From assembly GCA_030167865.1 (NCBI GenBank), contig JALAGF010001127.1:1-64000 (forward strand): DNA of 64,000 nt. Reading direction: 5' to 3'. The translations under genes and the position numbers were made by a program. Numbering within the stretch: position 1 is the stretch's first letter; each line of letters opens with the position of its first letter. Below are positions 37,501 through 49,710 of this stretch, piece by piece. Origin of the DNA: Craspedostauros australis. Taxonomy: Eukaryota. The notes beneath the pieces were generated by a model that searched no databases, was not told the origin of the DNA, and was given only the letters and a program-made list of their open reading frames with translations.

Positions 37501-38884
37501 CACGTTCGGACCATCGATGAGGTACGTGAACTCTTGTCCGCACGTGTTGCTGATCACAACATACACCTCATCGATGTCCTCGATCACAACGTTCTCAAAG
37601 AAGTGATGCCAATGGACGTTGGCATTGAGGATGGCCTTGACATCCCGGTCATCTTCGTAGATGGAATCGAAGATGGGGACGCCGAGGAAGGAGGACGGCC
37701 AGTCCAGCTCGGTTCTGATTTTTTTGTCAAGATTGTTGACGGATGACAGTACCGTGCCGCGGAGTTCGATAGCGTATTCGATCATAGACTTGGTCGGTTC
37801 GCCAGCGAGGGCGTCCAGATTGTAAGCGTATCGCGCAAGGCGGTTTGGGTACACGTGTCGGATAGGACCTAACAGCTTCGCGTCGGTGCCTGTGGTGTTG
37901 GCCTTGTCGATGAGACCACCGCCGCGAGGTTTGCGTATGGTTGGAGGCAAGGCGGGCTTCTCTTCATCCTCCTTGCCATCCAGTTTGAAGGCGACATCGA
38001 CCCACTCAGTGTGGTTGCTCACGTATTCTTCGTAGGCCGTCCGCTCCTCCTCTTTGACCAGCACCACGAAGGTGATGCTGTTAGTGTCAGCGAAGCTGAC
38101 CATCTGCCTCGCTTGTGCGTCGAACGTTGCCATGGAGACAAAGGGCCATGAAGCGTTCTGGAGTTGGAAGAAGGAGGTCATCTGAAACGCGGCTGCTTCG
38201 TACGTTTCAATAATGGACCTAGCGTTCAATTCGGAGACGTCATGGAGACTATTCGCAACATCCTTGAACTGTTCTCCGCCGCGTCATGGTGGATGTTGTT
38301 GTGCATGCGTGTGTGCGAGTGCGCGCAATGTTTGCGGCCGTGGGCGTCGGTGTTAGTGATGGTGTCAGTGAGAGTGGCAGCGAGAATGACGGTGAGAGTG
38401 GATTGAGCAAAAAGAACTGGGGTGAGTTGAGAAGAGAAGTGAAAGAATTCGCAACAACGACAATCATCATTCCCGATACTATCCTTGAGAGTTGCTTCTT
38501 CATTTGCGAATGGTATGGCACCAAACTCACCCTGGTCTTGTAGGAGTTGGTCTCTTCGATCCTTGCCAGCTGGTAGACGACGAGCGAACTTGACACTGCT
38601 GCAACGAACAGGACAAAGCACATGAGCACCTTGGAACCCCGGATCCATCGCGATTCGGTTGATGCTGTTTCAGCGCTGTCGGATTCGCCATCGTTAGATG
38701 TGGCTGATGATACGGTGTGCCTATCAGTTTGGCTGAATACAGATGTAACGTCGTCTTCCTCTTCGTTTTCGTCATAGCTTTGGATGGAACCTATCAGCTC
38801 GTTGACGTCGAGGGTGCGGGACGCACGATGTCCATCGTCACCATGGGTCCCCATGTTGTTCGTTTGGTTGGGCAGTGGAGGCAT
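34517..38884 (-). CDS. Receptor-type class III nucleotidyl cyclase - cyclic nucleotide phosphodiesterase fusion (TM-sensor-TM-cyclase-PDEase; 4 exons, ~1240 aa)
   Basis: Exons 38884-38531, 38268-36954, 36806-35058 and 34821-34517 are all phase-compatible. Cyclase motifs: VMFADIVGFT, KVETVGDCY, GMHSGPVTAGV, LFGDTVNTAARIES. PDE motifs: NPFH...HA, IHDVDH, LATD, ASDVSH, GFFDFYIIPL. Confidence 0.92.
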
Positions 38885-41053
38885 GCTGTTGCAACGATTG
38901 TGATCTCGATGTTGATGCGAATGGTGATGCAAATGCCAGTGGAGTGGAGCAGTAGAGATTGGGAGTGTGATGAATGTTTGCCCAATGTTGAAATTATGAC
39001 GAGAGACGAGGTTCCTCTCACCGATGTCGATGCTGCGCTTCCTTTCTGTGCCTTGCCTCCCTCCAGACTTTCAATCATGTCGCTCTTGAACGCTCAAGTC
39101 GCCGCTCTTTCTCTCTCCTCTGTCCCTTCGCGGTGCTTCCGACACTCACCACGCGCATGCGTTGCGATGGTTGTTCACTCCTCACGCGAATGAGGTAGAA
39201 GTCAGCCAGAAAAGTTACCAACGTTGCGCCTCTTGGGGGCATCAAGTTCTCTGACCATCCGCAGACACGATATGCCTACTCGCAGCTCGTAGGGATGTAC
39301 GAGCTGCGGTAAGCAGGGTACGTGTATGATCGTGGACAGAGGCCACCGGCGAAAGCGCAAACGAGCGGACCGCCTTCCATTCCTTGACACCAATTGCAGC
39401 AAGTGCTGATCCCACAAGGGACATCATGACATTGCTATTATCGTCACCGCCACCGCCACTGCCGTTGTCCCCTCCGTTTCATTTCAGCAGCGTTGTGCCT
39501 TGTGATGCTATTGTACATGCGGTAGCTTGGCGTTTGTCTGTCTCCGTCTCGTGCTGATATTTCTCGTCTCCATGTGCCCCGGCTCGCACCCGTGAATCCT
39601 CAAGGGGCTGATCGCCAAGGTTGTGCGATCTATTATACGTGCCGCTCCATCTGGCTGCGATTCGCCAAAACGGTAACAGCAAAGACCTGCCGAGACGCAA
39701 AATGTCGGTAGGGCACTCTGCGCAGTGGCCAACATGTGCTTGCTACGAGCCCCACTCTATTGGCCCTGCAGATGCCATACTTACTACACTTGAACACATG
39801 CGAGCTCCTCGCACGAGCTGTGCACGAAGAGGTCGCGCGCACAACGAGGGTGAGACAGTGCAGAGCAAACGCTTCATCCATCCCCCTGCGCGAGATAAAA
39901 CATCCACGAGCAAAGTGCGAAATGGCCGATCCGCCTTGATGGAATTGACCACTCGTTTTCGATGTTGCGAATGGTGGAACACAGCAACCGCGCGGAGATG
40001 GTGTTCGTGGGGAGTCGCATGGCACCAATGCGGGACAAAGGATGTCAAGGACCACAGCTGCGCTAATCTTGTCGGTCCTCGTGTCTCCTGCTGTGCGGCG
40101 AACCCTCTTGTTCGTGGAGTGCAGTAGCCTGCCACATCCGCAGAACGGTTTGTGGGACCCATCCGTGCGAAAGCGATCTTCTGAACACCGGCGCGAACCG
40201 ATCTTCACCCTTTTGCGGCTTGAGCCGGCCCGGAACATCACCCTCACCGCGGCAGTTTCGTCCCTCGCCGCCTGTTCTGCACCTTCCACCTCTCTCCCTT
40301 TGCAATGACTTCGACGTCCTCCTCCGACATGGCCAGGCTTTCTTCTTTGTGACGATCCAACAATCCTCGCGCCTGAGCCTTTGACTCTTTCAACGCGATC
40401 TTTGTGCGTTCGCCGAGCGTTCCTCCCAGTTTCGCTTTCTCTCTTGTGCTGTGGCACAGAGTTCCTTCGGGTCCCGCTTCGGGAGCGCAATGTCGGTCGC
40501 GCCACGATCCCCACATCCACACAACACCAACATCGCCACAAGGACGAGCTACCAAACCGCAGGGCACAATCACGTAAGCGCTATCAACCCTTCTGTGACC
40601 AGTCGGAACGTGATAGCTGTTCTTCAAGAAGTTCTCCGCCCTGCCAAATCAAACACTTCGATATCAAAAATGCCTTTTTGTCCGTCTTTGTCAGAATAAG
40701 CCTAAAAAAGCAATGAGTCACGATTGTTTGGCCTAGAGTATTCAGTTCTCGCTTGTGTCACACTCTCGACTAAATCACAACTACGACTACAAGGCCAGAA
40801 GATTAATTCTGGACTAACAGAGTACCTTAGTATGAAATGTCAAACATGGCTCTTCACCAGCCACCCATCAAAATCGTGACACAACACGAATCACGACACA
40901 CGATCGTTCTGTTGCCGCCAACGGCCGTGCTGCAACCACGCGCCACACAACAATTACACCAACACTTGCACCCACGATGATGGTGACAAAGATCATCACA
41001 ATGATGTGTGTGTGTGTATGCGCTCGTAGAAGAGGACGACTACTGCGCGTGCA

Positions 41054-43336
41054 ATGAACATGACAATGCGAGCATGGCATCACGTTGTGAGACATCGGCG
41101 ATGCATCGTTTCGGTGACACAACACCGTGTTTGCGCCGGTCCGACGCCACAAGCAGCCGCGTTGGGCCACAGCCTGATCGGCAGATCATTCTCCACCACT
41201 ACCATCGCCATCACCAATGACGAGTCATCGTTGATCTCCATCACGGATAATCCAGACATCGTGGCCAAGATCCCGCTGGAGGATGTTCGCAACTTCTGCT
41301 TCATTGCGCACGTGGATCATGGCAAGAGTTCGTTGAGCTCGCGTCTGCTGGAACTGTGCGGCAACTTGGGCCAGGATGCGCAGCGCACTGCGATGCAGAG
41401 CTCCGTTTCACCAGCGTTCGATGAATCTGAGCAGGACGCAGCTTCGAGCATTGCTGCAAACGTTGGTTCGGTGGGCGATGCACAGAATGCTCCCAAAATC
41501 ACTGCATCAGCAGAAAAGGAACAGATCCAGCTGCTCGATACGTTAGCCGTGGAGAAGGAGAGAGGCATCACGGTCAAGGCGGCGACGGCGTCGATGATCT
41601 ACCGCCATCCGTCAGCGGTGGGACCCGAAGGCGTTCTGCTCCTCAACATGATCGACACGCCAGGTCACAGCGATTTCGGCAGGGAGGTGTCGCGATCGTT
41701 GACGTTCGTGAATGGCGCCATCCTGCTGCTGGACGCCACGCAAGGCATCCAGGCTCAGACATGGACCGTGTACGAAAAGGCGCGATCGCTGCCCCACCCG
41801 CCCACCCTGCTCACGGCATTGACCAAGATCGATCTCGAAGCCGCCAGGCCCATTCATGTTGCGCTGACGGCCTGCGAATGGTTGCAGATCGATGATCCCG
41901 ATTCCATAATACCCACGAGCGCGCGCAATCGTATTGGCGTGATGGAAATGTTGGACAAGATCTGCCAAGAGGTGCCAGCGCCGAAGCCCATGGGCGATGA
42001 TGACGGTATCTTGCTGCGAGCGCAGGTCGTGGATTCGTGGTTCGATGCGCGTGGTGTGAATTGCGTGGTTCAAATCATCAGCGGGCAATTGCGGGAAGGT
42101 GATAGGATCGCGATCTTTGCCAACGACGATAACGGCGGATCCAGTGAGGCGTTTTCCGTGCAAGAGGTCGGGTTGGTTCTGCCGGCATCGAAGCGAACGC
42201 ATTCGCTGGTGAGAGGTCAGATGGGATACGTGCGATTTGGTCTGCGGGATCCGAGGCAGGCGAGTCCAGGCACGTTGTTGGTGTACGACGCGGATACTGG
42301 CAAGCAGTTCGAAGTGCCGAAAGCTGCCTTGGGCGTGACATCCAAATCCGTCCTGTTTGCATCCGTTCATCCCGGCGAGGCAGATGGATTTGAAGAGCTG
42401 TGCACCGCTGTGGAAAAGCTGGCCCTGAACGACACGGGGTTGGAGGTTGTGAAGACGTCATCCGGCAGCGGAGGCAGCTCGGAAACTGGCGGCCCCTTCC
42501 TCGGACCTGGTCTTCGCGTTGGATTCCAGGGACTGCTGCACGTGGAGGTGTTCCGACAACGGCTGATGGATGAATTTGGTCTGGAGGCTGTCGTCACACC
42601 GCCCAAGGTGCCGTATCACATCACGCTGCTGCCAGCCAGCTCCAACACCCTGAAGGAACCGGAAACCAAGATTGTGGAAGATCTGTCAGAATGGCCGGTC
42701 CATGGCACGAAGTTCAAGGTCGAGGAGCCGGTGTCCGAGGTCCGCGTCATGGCGCCCATGGAGTACGCTGGCGCCGTGATGGACCTGATATCGAGAAAGC
42801 GCGGACGCGATCTACAGACGCAGCAGATCGATGAAGACACGTGGGTCTTCGAGGCCAAGATGCCATGGGCCGAAGTGGTCGTCAACTTCCACGACATGCT
42901 CAAGAACATCACGGCAGGATACGGATCGTTGGATACGTTCGAGGCGGACCCGCCGCTGCAAACGGCCAACCTCTCCAAGGTCGATCTCATGCTCAATAGC
43001 GAAATCATCGGACCGCTCTCCTTCGTGTGTCACAAGGACAATGCGCAGGCCGAGGCGCGCGTGGTTTGCAAGAAGCTGCAGGAGGTGCTGCCGCGGCAAC
43101 AGTTCGTGACCGTCATCCAGGCCAAGGCGGAAGGCAAGGTGATCGCCAGCGAGCGCATCCGGGCCTTCCGCAAGGACGTGCTGGTCAAGTCGGGAAAGAT
43201 GGTCGGTGGTGGCGACATCTCTCGCAAGAAGAAGCTCTTGGAAGCTCAGAAACGAGGCAAGAAGCGACAGCAGCAAAGTGGTCGCGTGTCATTGACGCAG
43301 GCCGCCTTCAACAGCGTCATCACCAGGTCGTCATGA
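41054..43336 (+). CDS. GUF1: Translation factor GUF1/LepA (EF4), probably mitochondrial
   Basis: RNFCFIAHVDHGKS, EKERGITVKA, IDTPGHSDF, KLALND, GLRVGFQGLLHVEVFRQRL and GGDISRKKKLLEAQKRGKKR. The N-terminal presequence is Arg-rich. Confidence 0.95.
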   Translation: MNMTMRAWHHVVRHRRCIVSVTQHRVCAGPTPQAAALGHSLIGRSFSTTTIAITNDESSLISITDNPDIVAKIPLEDVRNFCFIAHVDHGKSSLSSRLLELCGNLGQDAQRTAMQSSVSPAFDESEQDAASSIAANVGSVGDAQNAPKITASAEKEQIQLLDTLAVEKERGITVKAATASMIYRHPSAVGPEGVLLLNMIDTPGHSDFGREVSRSLTFVNGAILLLDATQGIQAQTWTVYEKARSLPHPPTLLTALTKIDLEAARPIHVALTACEWLQIDDPDSIIPTSARNRIGVMEMLDKICQEVPAPKPMGDDDGILLRAQVVDSWFDARGVNCVVQIISGQLREGDRIAIFANDDNGGSSEAFSVQEVGLVLPASKRTHSLVRGQMGYVRFGLRDPRQASPGTLLVYDADTGKQFEVPKAALGVTSKSVLFASVHPGEADGFEELCTAVEKLALNDTGLEVVKTSSGSGGSSETGGPFLGPGLRVGFQGLLHVEVFRQRLMDEFGLEAVVTPPKVPYHITLLPASSNTLKEPETKIVEDLSEWPVHGTKFKVEEPVSEVRVMAPMEYAGAVMDLISRKRGRDLQTQQIDEDTWVFEAKMPWAEVVVNFHDMLKNITAGYGSLDTFEADPPLQTANLSKVDLMLNSEIIGPLSFVCHKDNAQAEARVVCKKLQEVLPRQQFVTVIQAKAEGKVIASERIRAFRKDVLVKSGKMVGGGDISRKKKLLEAQKRGKKRQQQSGRVSLTQAAFNSVITRSS

Positions 43337-43785
43337 TCTCGATGGCTTGGGAATGATGGGAGACGGAAGGTGATGATGCCTACGAGTCTAGAGGATGAGC
43401 ACAAAGATGCAATCTGCTCTAATAGCATTCTTCTCTGACAGGTTTTTGATATATAGCAAGGCTTCATTTTAGAGTGCATCATCGCAGTCAAGGAACGAAC
43501 GATGATGGCCACTGCACCACAAGGCACTTTCGCAACGATCTCATCCTATCTCTAGTCTTGAGAGAGTTAGACTGGCTCGTATTGTGTTGAACGAGACCAA
43601 CCTCGAACGTGTTTGGTCACTCGCGCATCGACACGACCGCAACGACGAATGTCATCACAACCCCATTCACCACAAAAGACGAATGGCCAAGACAGGAACA
43701 TCTCTCTTCCATACCATGCCATAGTCGTACTACTATTGCTAGTATTATAGCTCGTGCGAGGAAGCGCATACCTGAACAAGCGACA

Positions 43786-45234
43786 ATGGTGCAACTACGA
43801 CGCAGGTCGAACCCAAACGTGTTCGGATCACCCGTGCACTTCCTGCAGCAGACATGGCAATCCACAGCAGGCAGCGTCGGAGGGACCTACGCTGCTCTGA
43901 CTCCAGTTGCAGGTCCGAGTCCGAGTGCGAGTGCGAGTGCTACGAACAGCAATCCCAATGCATCGTCGCTGTCACCGTCGCTGCGCCATCGCATGCGGAA
44001 CCTCCCACCACGCGCGTACTTCGTGCTGACAGTCATCGCCATCCAATGCGCGTGGATGACGGTGGATCGGATAGGTCACACGCTGTGCTGGGACAGATTC
44101 GAGGCACCGATGATCCACATCGTTCCGGACGAGACAAGTCCCATGACGCCCGCTCACTTCTACAGCCGCGAGTACCAGGGACCCTCGCGTGCCTTCCCCA
44201 TCTACGAAGGCGACTTCTGTTCCAACGTGCTGATTCCGCAGGAGGAGATGTACCAGCGCACCAACCCGGACCATGGCCTGCTCTACGTCAAGGAGATGAA
44301 GACGGCCTCGACAACGCTGAGCGGCATCACGGCGCGCATATCGCGCAACACCGCCAAACAGCGCATCGCGGAGCTCGATCATCCGCCAGCCTACATCCTG
44401 AAGAATCGCACCGCTACGTGGACCTGCATGGCCCGATTCGTTCACATCCGCGCGCGCCGCTTCCGCGTCCGCAGACGAGATCAGAGCTTCCTGTGGAGCT
44501 TCGTGCGCGAACCCACGTCGCGATTGATCAGCAAGTTCCTGCATTTCGGTGTGGCGCGCGAAGGCAAATCGAAGGACGCCGCGGCGTTCCGCAAGTACCT
44601 CGCGAGCAACGAGGTCAATGACTTTGCGTACTACCTCAAGACGCTGACGCTGCGACCCAAGATCAATCCGTATCGGCACGACCAGTATGCCAACTTTGTC
44701 GATGAGATTCTGCAGTCGTACGATTTCATCGGTGTTTCGGATCGCATGGAAGAGAGCCTGGCGGTGCTGCAGATACTGTTGGATTTGCAGACGCAGGATC
44801 TGCTGTACCTATCCACAAAGACGAACGGTTCGTACGACTTTTATCCCAGGACTCAGGAATGCACGCTGATACCGAAGGCGGACGAGTCGGTTCAAACGCT
44901 GGCGTTCAAGCAGTATCTGTACGGCGAGGAGTTCGAAGACTTCGTGTCGGGCGATGTCGCGGTGTACCGCGCCGTCAATCAGAGTCTGGATCGCACCATC
45001 GACGCGCTGGGCCGCGATCGCGTGCAACGCGTCATGCAACGCCTGCGTGTAGCGCAAGAGATTGCGAACAGGGAGTGCCTGGCCATCACCAAGTTCCCTT
45101 GCAGCAAGGATGGCCAGCACCAGCCCGTCAACGACTGTCTGCAGCAAGATGTGGCATGCGGGTATCAGTGCTTAGATAAGGTCGGCGAACAACTGCTCGA
45201 GAAGTCGAAGGAGTTCACGTCGCTGCCACCGTGA
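43786..45234 (+). CDS. Type II membrane sulfotransferase-like protein (Gal-3-O-sulfotransferase/Sulfotransfer_2-like)
   Basis: Single TM after a basic N-terminus. 5'-PSB-like LLYVKEMKTASTT, 3'-PB-like SFVREP.SR.IS.F, and YDFIGVSDRMEESLAVL. Confidence 0.75.
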   Translation: MVQLRRRSNPNVFGSPVHFLQQTWQSTAGSVGGTYAALTPVAGPSPSASASATNSNPNASSLSPSLRHRMRNLPPRAYFVLTVIAIQCAWMTVDRIGHTLCWDRFEAPMIHIVPDETSPMTPAHFYSREYQGPSRAFPIYEGDFCSNVLIPQEEMYQRTNPDHGLLYVKEMKTASTTLSGITARISRNTAKQRIAELDHPPAYILKNRTATWTCMARFVHIRARRFRVRRRDQSFLWSFVREPTSRLISKFLHFGVAREGKSKDAAAFRKYLASNEVNDFAYYLKTLTLRPKINPYRHDQYANFVDEILQSYDFIGVSDRMEESLAVLQILLDLQTQDLLYLSTKTNGSYDFYPRTQECTLIPKADESVQTLAFKQYLYGEEFEDFVSGDVAVYRAVNQSLDRTIDALGRDRVQRVMQRLRVAQEIANRECLAITKFPCSKDGQHQPVNDCLQQDVACGYQCLDKVGEQLLEKSKEFTSLPP

Positions 45235-45886
45235 CGGCCATGATGCGCATCCGGACGAGTCCTCCAGAGTATTGCGGGTGTGGGCGTCAACATACGTAAG
45301 ACTCCTACAGATTGCTCTGCTTCATTAAATTCTATAATCTCTATTATACTCGCTTTGATCATCATAGTTGCAAATGCAAGGGACTCCTCAGGAGCAACTT
45401 CGAAGTGTTGCTGGTTGAACATCTGCCAACGGCAGCTGCGCAATCTTCCAGTCTCGAGTTCGTGGCCGTATCGTAGCGTGACCATCGAAGGTAGAGAGAA
45501 GATGGCCGAACATTGGAACGGAATTCTGCATTTGGATCACGAGTTCACACGCGCAATGAACGCACAGTATCCAGTCCCGATTGGACCATCCGAGAGAATG
45601 CGAAGAACACCATTCGATGTGTGGAGAAAAAGCGATCCTCTTGGAAGCGGCGAACATCGAACACAGCAATCACCAACAGCGCACACAAACGCGAAGAAAT
45701 CCAGACCAAAAGAGACAGCTGCGTCTCAGCCACACCGTCATACCTCAAGGTACGATCTCTCAGTGTTGCAAGGTCGCGCTCACAATCACAACCATCAGCA
45801 TTGCTGTGGCATCGGGACAGTCCAGAGACCGCAATCACTTCTTCCACTTCCACTTGAAGACCACGCAAGCGCATCAGACAAACACC

Positions 45887-48800
45887 ATGAACTCCCAACT
45901 GCTGTTCGCGAGGACCTGCGGAAGGAGGTCATTTGCTTGGCCGTCCGCGGCTGGCAAGGCGCGTCGCTGGTTCCGATCCGCCCACGGCTCCGTGCCATGC
46001 AGCAACAGACTCGGCGGTCTCCGACGCGTCGGCAGCGGCTTCCCGCGACACGACACCGCGCTGCGGTCATTCGCCACCCTCCCGGAACCCGACGAGCAGG
46101 AAACCTTCCTGACGGGCACCTCGAGCCTCTACGCAGAGCAGATGTACGAGATGTACACCGAGAACCCGGAATCCGTGCATCCGTCGTGGAAGCAGTACTT
46201 TGACAACCTGCAGGAGGGCGTGCCGTATGACGAGAGCCAGTTCGATAAGCCGACCGCCGTGGCGCCAACCAAGCAACACGCTGCTGTAAGCGGGGTAAGT
46301 TGTTGTGTCTCTTTCCCTTTTGGTGCGACCTGCAGTTTTGTGCTGCGTCCTCGCAGCGGAGTCGTCTCAAACTGTGTGTGTATGTATGTCTGTGTATGTC
46401 TGTCTGTGTGTGAGCGCTATGCGAAACCCAAGTCCTGCTCTGAATTGATCACCATGGCAGCCGAAGGACGAGCACAAAGAAGAATGCATGGACCTCAATT
46501 CTCTCCCACTGCGCCGTGAAATGGCAACAGGGAATTCGGCTGTGCCACTCTCATCGCTCTTCATCAAGGACATTTGCTCAGTCGCTCTTTCTCTCTGCCG
46601 CATGCGTCTCTCACCGTGCACGCCCTCGACTACTCTGATACCATCACAGGACGGCATGCCATCCGATTCGCTCGCCGTTTCGCACATGATCCGTGCCTAC
46701 CAAGTCAATGGCCATCAAGCCGCCCAGCTCGATCCATTGGGCATCCACGCCAAGGAAGCGTTCCCAATGCGCCCAAACAACATGGGACGCGTCGGAAAGG
46801 ATGGATATCCTGAGGATCTGGGATTGGAGTACCATGGCTACAACGAGTCTGACCTGGACCGTCGTTTGAATTTCAAGGGACGGTCGTCAGGTGGAAACAA
46901 AGGATACCTGGAGGAACTTGCGGCAGCACCCGGAAAGGTCACCCTGCGCGCCATTCTCGACCAGCTGCGCAAAACCTACTGCGGCACGCTCGGTGTTGAG
47001 TACATGCACATCGGAGATTCCATCAAGATGAATTGGATCCGCGAACGCATCGAAACGCCCAAGTGGCTGTCATACGACAAGGAGAAGAAGACGCACCTCT
47101 TCGAACGTCTCTGCTTTGCGGACACCTTCGAGACCTTCCTCGCCAACAAGTTCAACACCACCAAGCGCTTCGGTTTGGATGGTGGCGAAGCCATCGTCCC
47201 TGCCTTGAAGACTGCCATCGATCGCGCCAGCGAGCTTGGAGCCCACTCTTTCGTCATCGGCATGCCACATCGCGGTCGGCTCAACGTCCTGGCCAATGTC
47301 ATGCGCAAGCCCATGCCGGTCATCTTCAGCGAGTTCCAGGGCACGCACTACTTGCCAGATCAGTACACAAAATCCAACCACAACTGGGGCGTCTCCGGTG
47401 ATGTCAAGTACCACTTGGGTTCCAGCATGGACCGTACCTACCCCGATGGACGTCGCATCCACCTGTCCCTGGTTGCCAACCCATCCCATTTGGAGTGCGT
47501 CGATCCAGTCGTCGCAGGAAAGGCTCGCGCGAGACAGTACTACTGTGGCAACCGGTACGTTCCAGTGCATCGTATCTTGTTTGTGATGTAATAGTGCTGT
47601 GATGTGATGTGATTGTGATGTGTTTGCCAATGATATGTTGATCTGTATGTGCGCATTCATGCGTGATGCATGCGTGGATGAAGTCAACCAGCTTACTCAC
47701 CAACCATGACTCATCGTACCCATGTTGTTGTTTTTTGCTCACCCGTTTCTGCCATCATTCGAACAATATGCACATCGCATACTTTACCCCAACAGCGGCG
47801 ATGACACCCGCAACGTGGTGCCGATTCTACTGCACGGTGACGCCGCTTTCGCTGGCCAGGGCGTTGTCTACGAGACAATGCAGCTGGCCCATGTGCCGGA
47901 CTTTGATGTTGGTGGCACTATCCACGTGATCGTCAACAACCAGATTGGCTTCACCACCAACCCCATCCACTCCCGTTCCACACCGTACTGCAGCGATCTT
48001 GGCAAGGCGTTCAACTGCCCAATCTTCCATTGCAACGGAGATGATCCGCTCGCTGTTTCGACGGCGCTAGAAACCGCGGTGGAATGGCGACATCAATTCG
48101 GTGGCGATGTCATCATCGATATGGTGTGCTACCGTCGCAATGGCCACAACGAGTTGGACCAACCGGCCTTCACGCAGCCAAAGCTGTACAAGAAGATCTC
48201 GAAGCATCCAACGACATTGGAACTGTTCGAAAAGCGTCTCATCGATGAAGGTGTCTTCAGCAAGGAGGAGGCCGACGAGATCCGTCAGTTCGTCCTTGAC
48301 TCCTACGAGAAGGACTTCGAAGCCAGCAAGACCCTCGAACCGAACGACACCGATTGGCTGGCCACCAAGTGGAAGGGATTCAAGGGACCAACGCAGCACT
48401 CGCGCATCCGACCAACCGGCGTGGAGATCGATGTGCTCCGAGATATCGGCATGAAAGCCGGATCCGTCCCTGATGACTTCAAGCTGCACCGGCAGATGAA
48501 GAAGATCTTCCAGGCGCGCTCAGATATGGCAGAGAAGGGCGAAGGCATCGATTGGGGAACTGCCGAGGCGCTGGCCTTCGGCTCGCTCCTGCTGGAGGGC
48601 AACCACGTGCGTATCACAGGACAGGATGTTCAGCGTGGAACCTTCTCTCATCGCCATGCCGTTGTCAAGGACCAGGACACGGAAGATGAGTACACACCTC
48701 TCAACCACATCGCCAAGCGCATGGATCCATCTTCGCCAAAGGAGGATATGGCCGGACCAGACACGCAGGCAGGATTCACGTGCCGCAACTCGATCCTGTC

Positions 48801-49710
48801 CGAATTCGCAGTCCTCGGCTTCGAGTTGGGATACAGCTTGGAGAACCCCAACGCGCTGATCCTCTGGGAGGCCCAATTCGGTGATTTCGTCAATGGTGCA
48901 CAGACCATTATCGACCAGTTCATTTCGAGCGGAGAAGACAAGTGGCTGCGACAATCCGGTCTGGTCATGTTGCTTCCGCACGGATACGACGGACAGGGCG
49001 CCGAGCACTCCAGCTGCCGACTGGAACGGTTCTTGCAGCAGGTCGATGAAGATCCACATTTCATCCCGGAGATGGCGTACGATGAACGCATGCAGATCCA
49101 GAATCACAACTGGCAGGTGATCAACTGCACCACCCCAGCCAACTACTTCCACTGCCTGCGTCGTCAGATCCATCGTGAGTTCCGCAAGCCCCTCATCATC
49201 ATTTCGCCAAAGAACCTGCTGAGAAACAAGCGCTGCGTGTCATCGTTGGCGGACATGGGGCCAGGCACGACCTTCGCGCGCGTCTACGACGAGACGGATC
49301 CTGCCATCAATGAGAACCCAGATCGGGTCAAGCGGCTTGTGTTCTGCACTGGGCAGATCTACTACGAACTTCTAGCCGAGCGTGAAAAGCGAGGTGCCAC
49401 CGACATTGCGCTTGTTCGTTTGGAGCAGATCGCACCGTTCGCCTTTGACCGCGTTGCCCAGAACTGTGACAAGTACAAGAACGCCGAGGTGGTCTGGGCC
49501 CAGCAGGAGCCAAAGAACATGGGACCATACTCATACGTCAACCCACGAATCATGACTGCCACCAGGGAGCTCAACAACGACGAGAAGCGATGCCGCTACG
49601 TCGGCCGTCTTGTGAGCGCCGCGCCAGCCACCGGCATCAGCGGCATCCACAAGCAGGAAAATCAGGACATCCTTGATGGTGTGTTCGGAGATGTGGAGGA
49701 GACTGAGTAG
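45887..49710 (+). CDS. OGDH: 2-oxoglutarate dehydrogenase E1 component, mitochondrial (3 exons, ~1075 aa)
   Basis: Exons 45887-46294 (alternative donor at 46286 possible), 46650-47554 and 47796-49710. Motifs: SVHPSWK.YF, KRFGLDGGE, GMPHRGRLNVL, GDVKYHLG, ANPSHLE, HGDAAFAGQG, WEAQFGDF, LPHGYDGQGAEHSS. Confidence 0.98.

Noticed and set aside
39633-40627. 302-aa and 127-aa minus-strand ORFs with charged, coiled-coil-like patches
   Set aside because: No ATG-led coherent model or domain. Possibly a decayed fragment, but not supportable.
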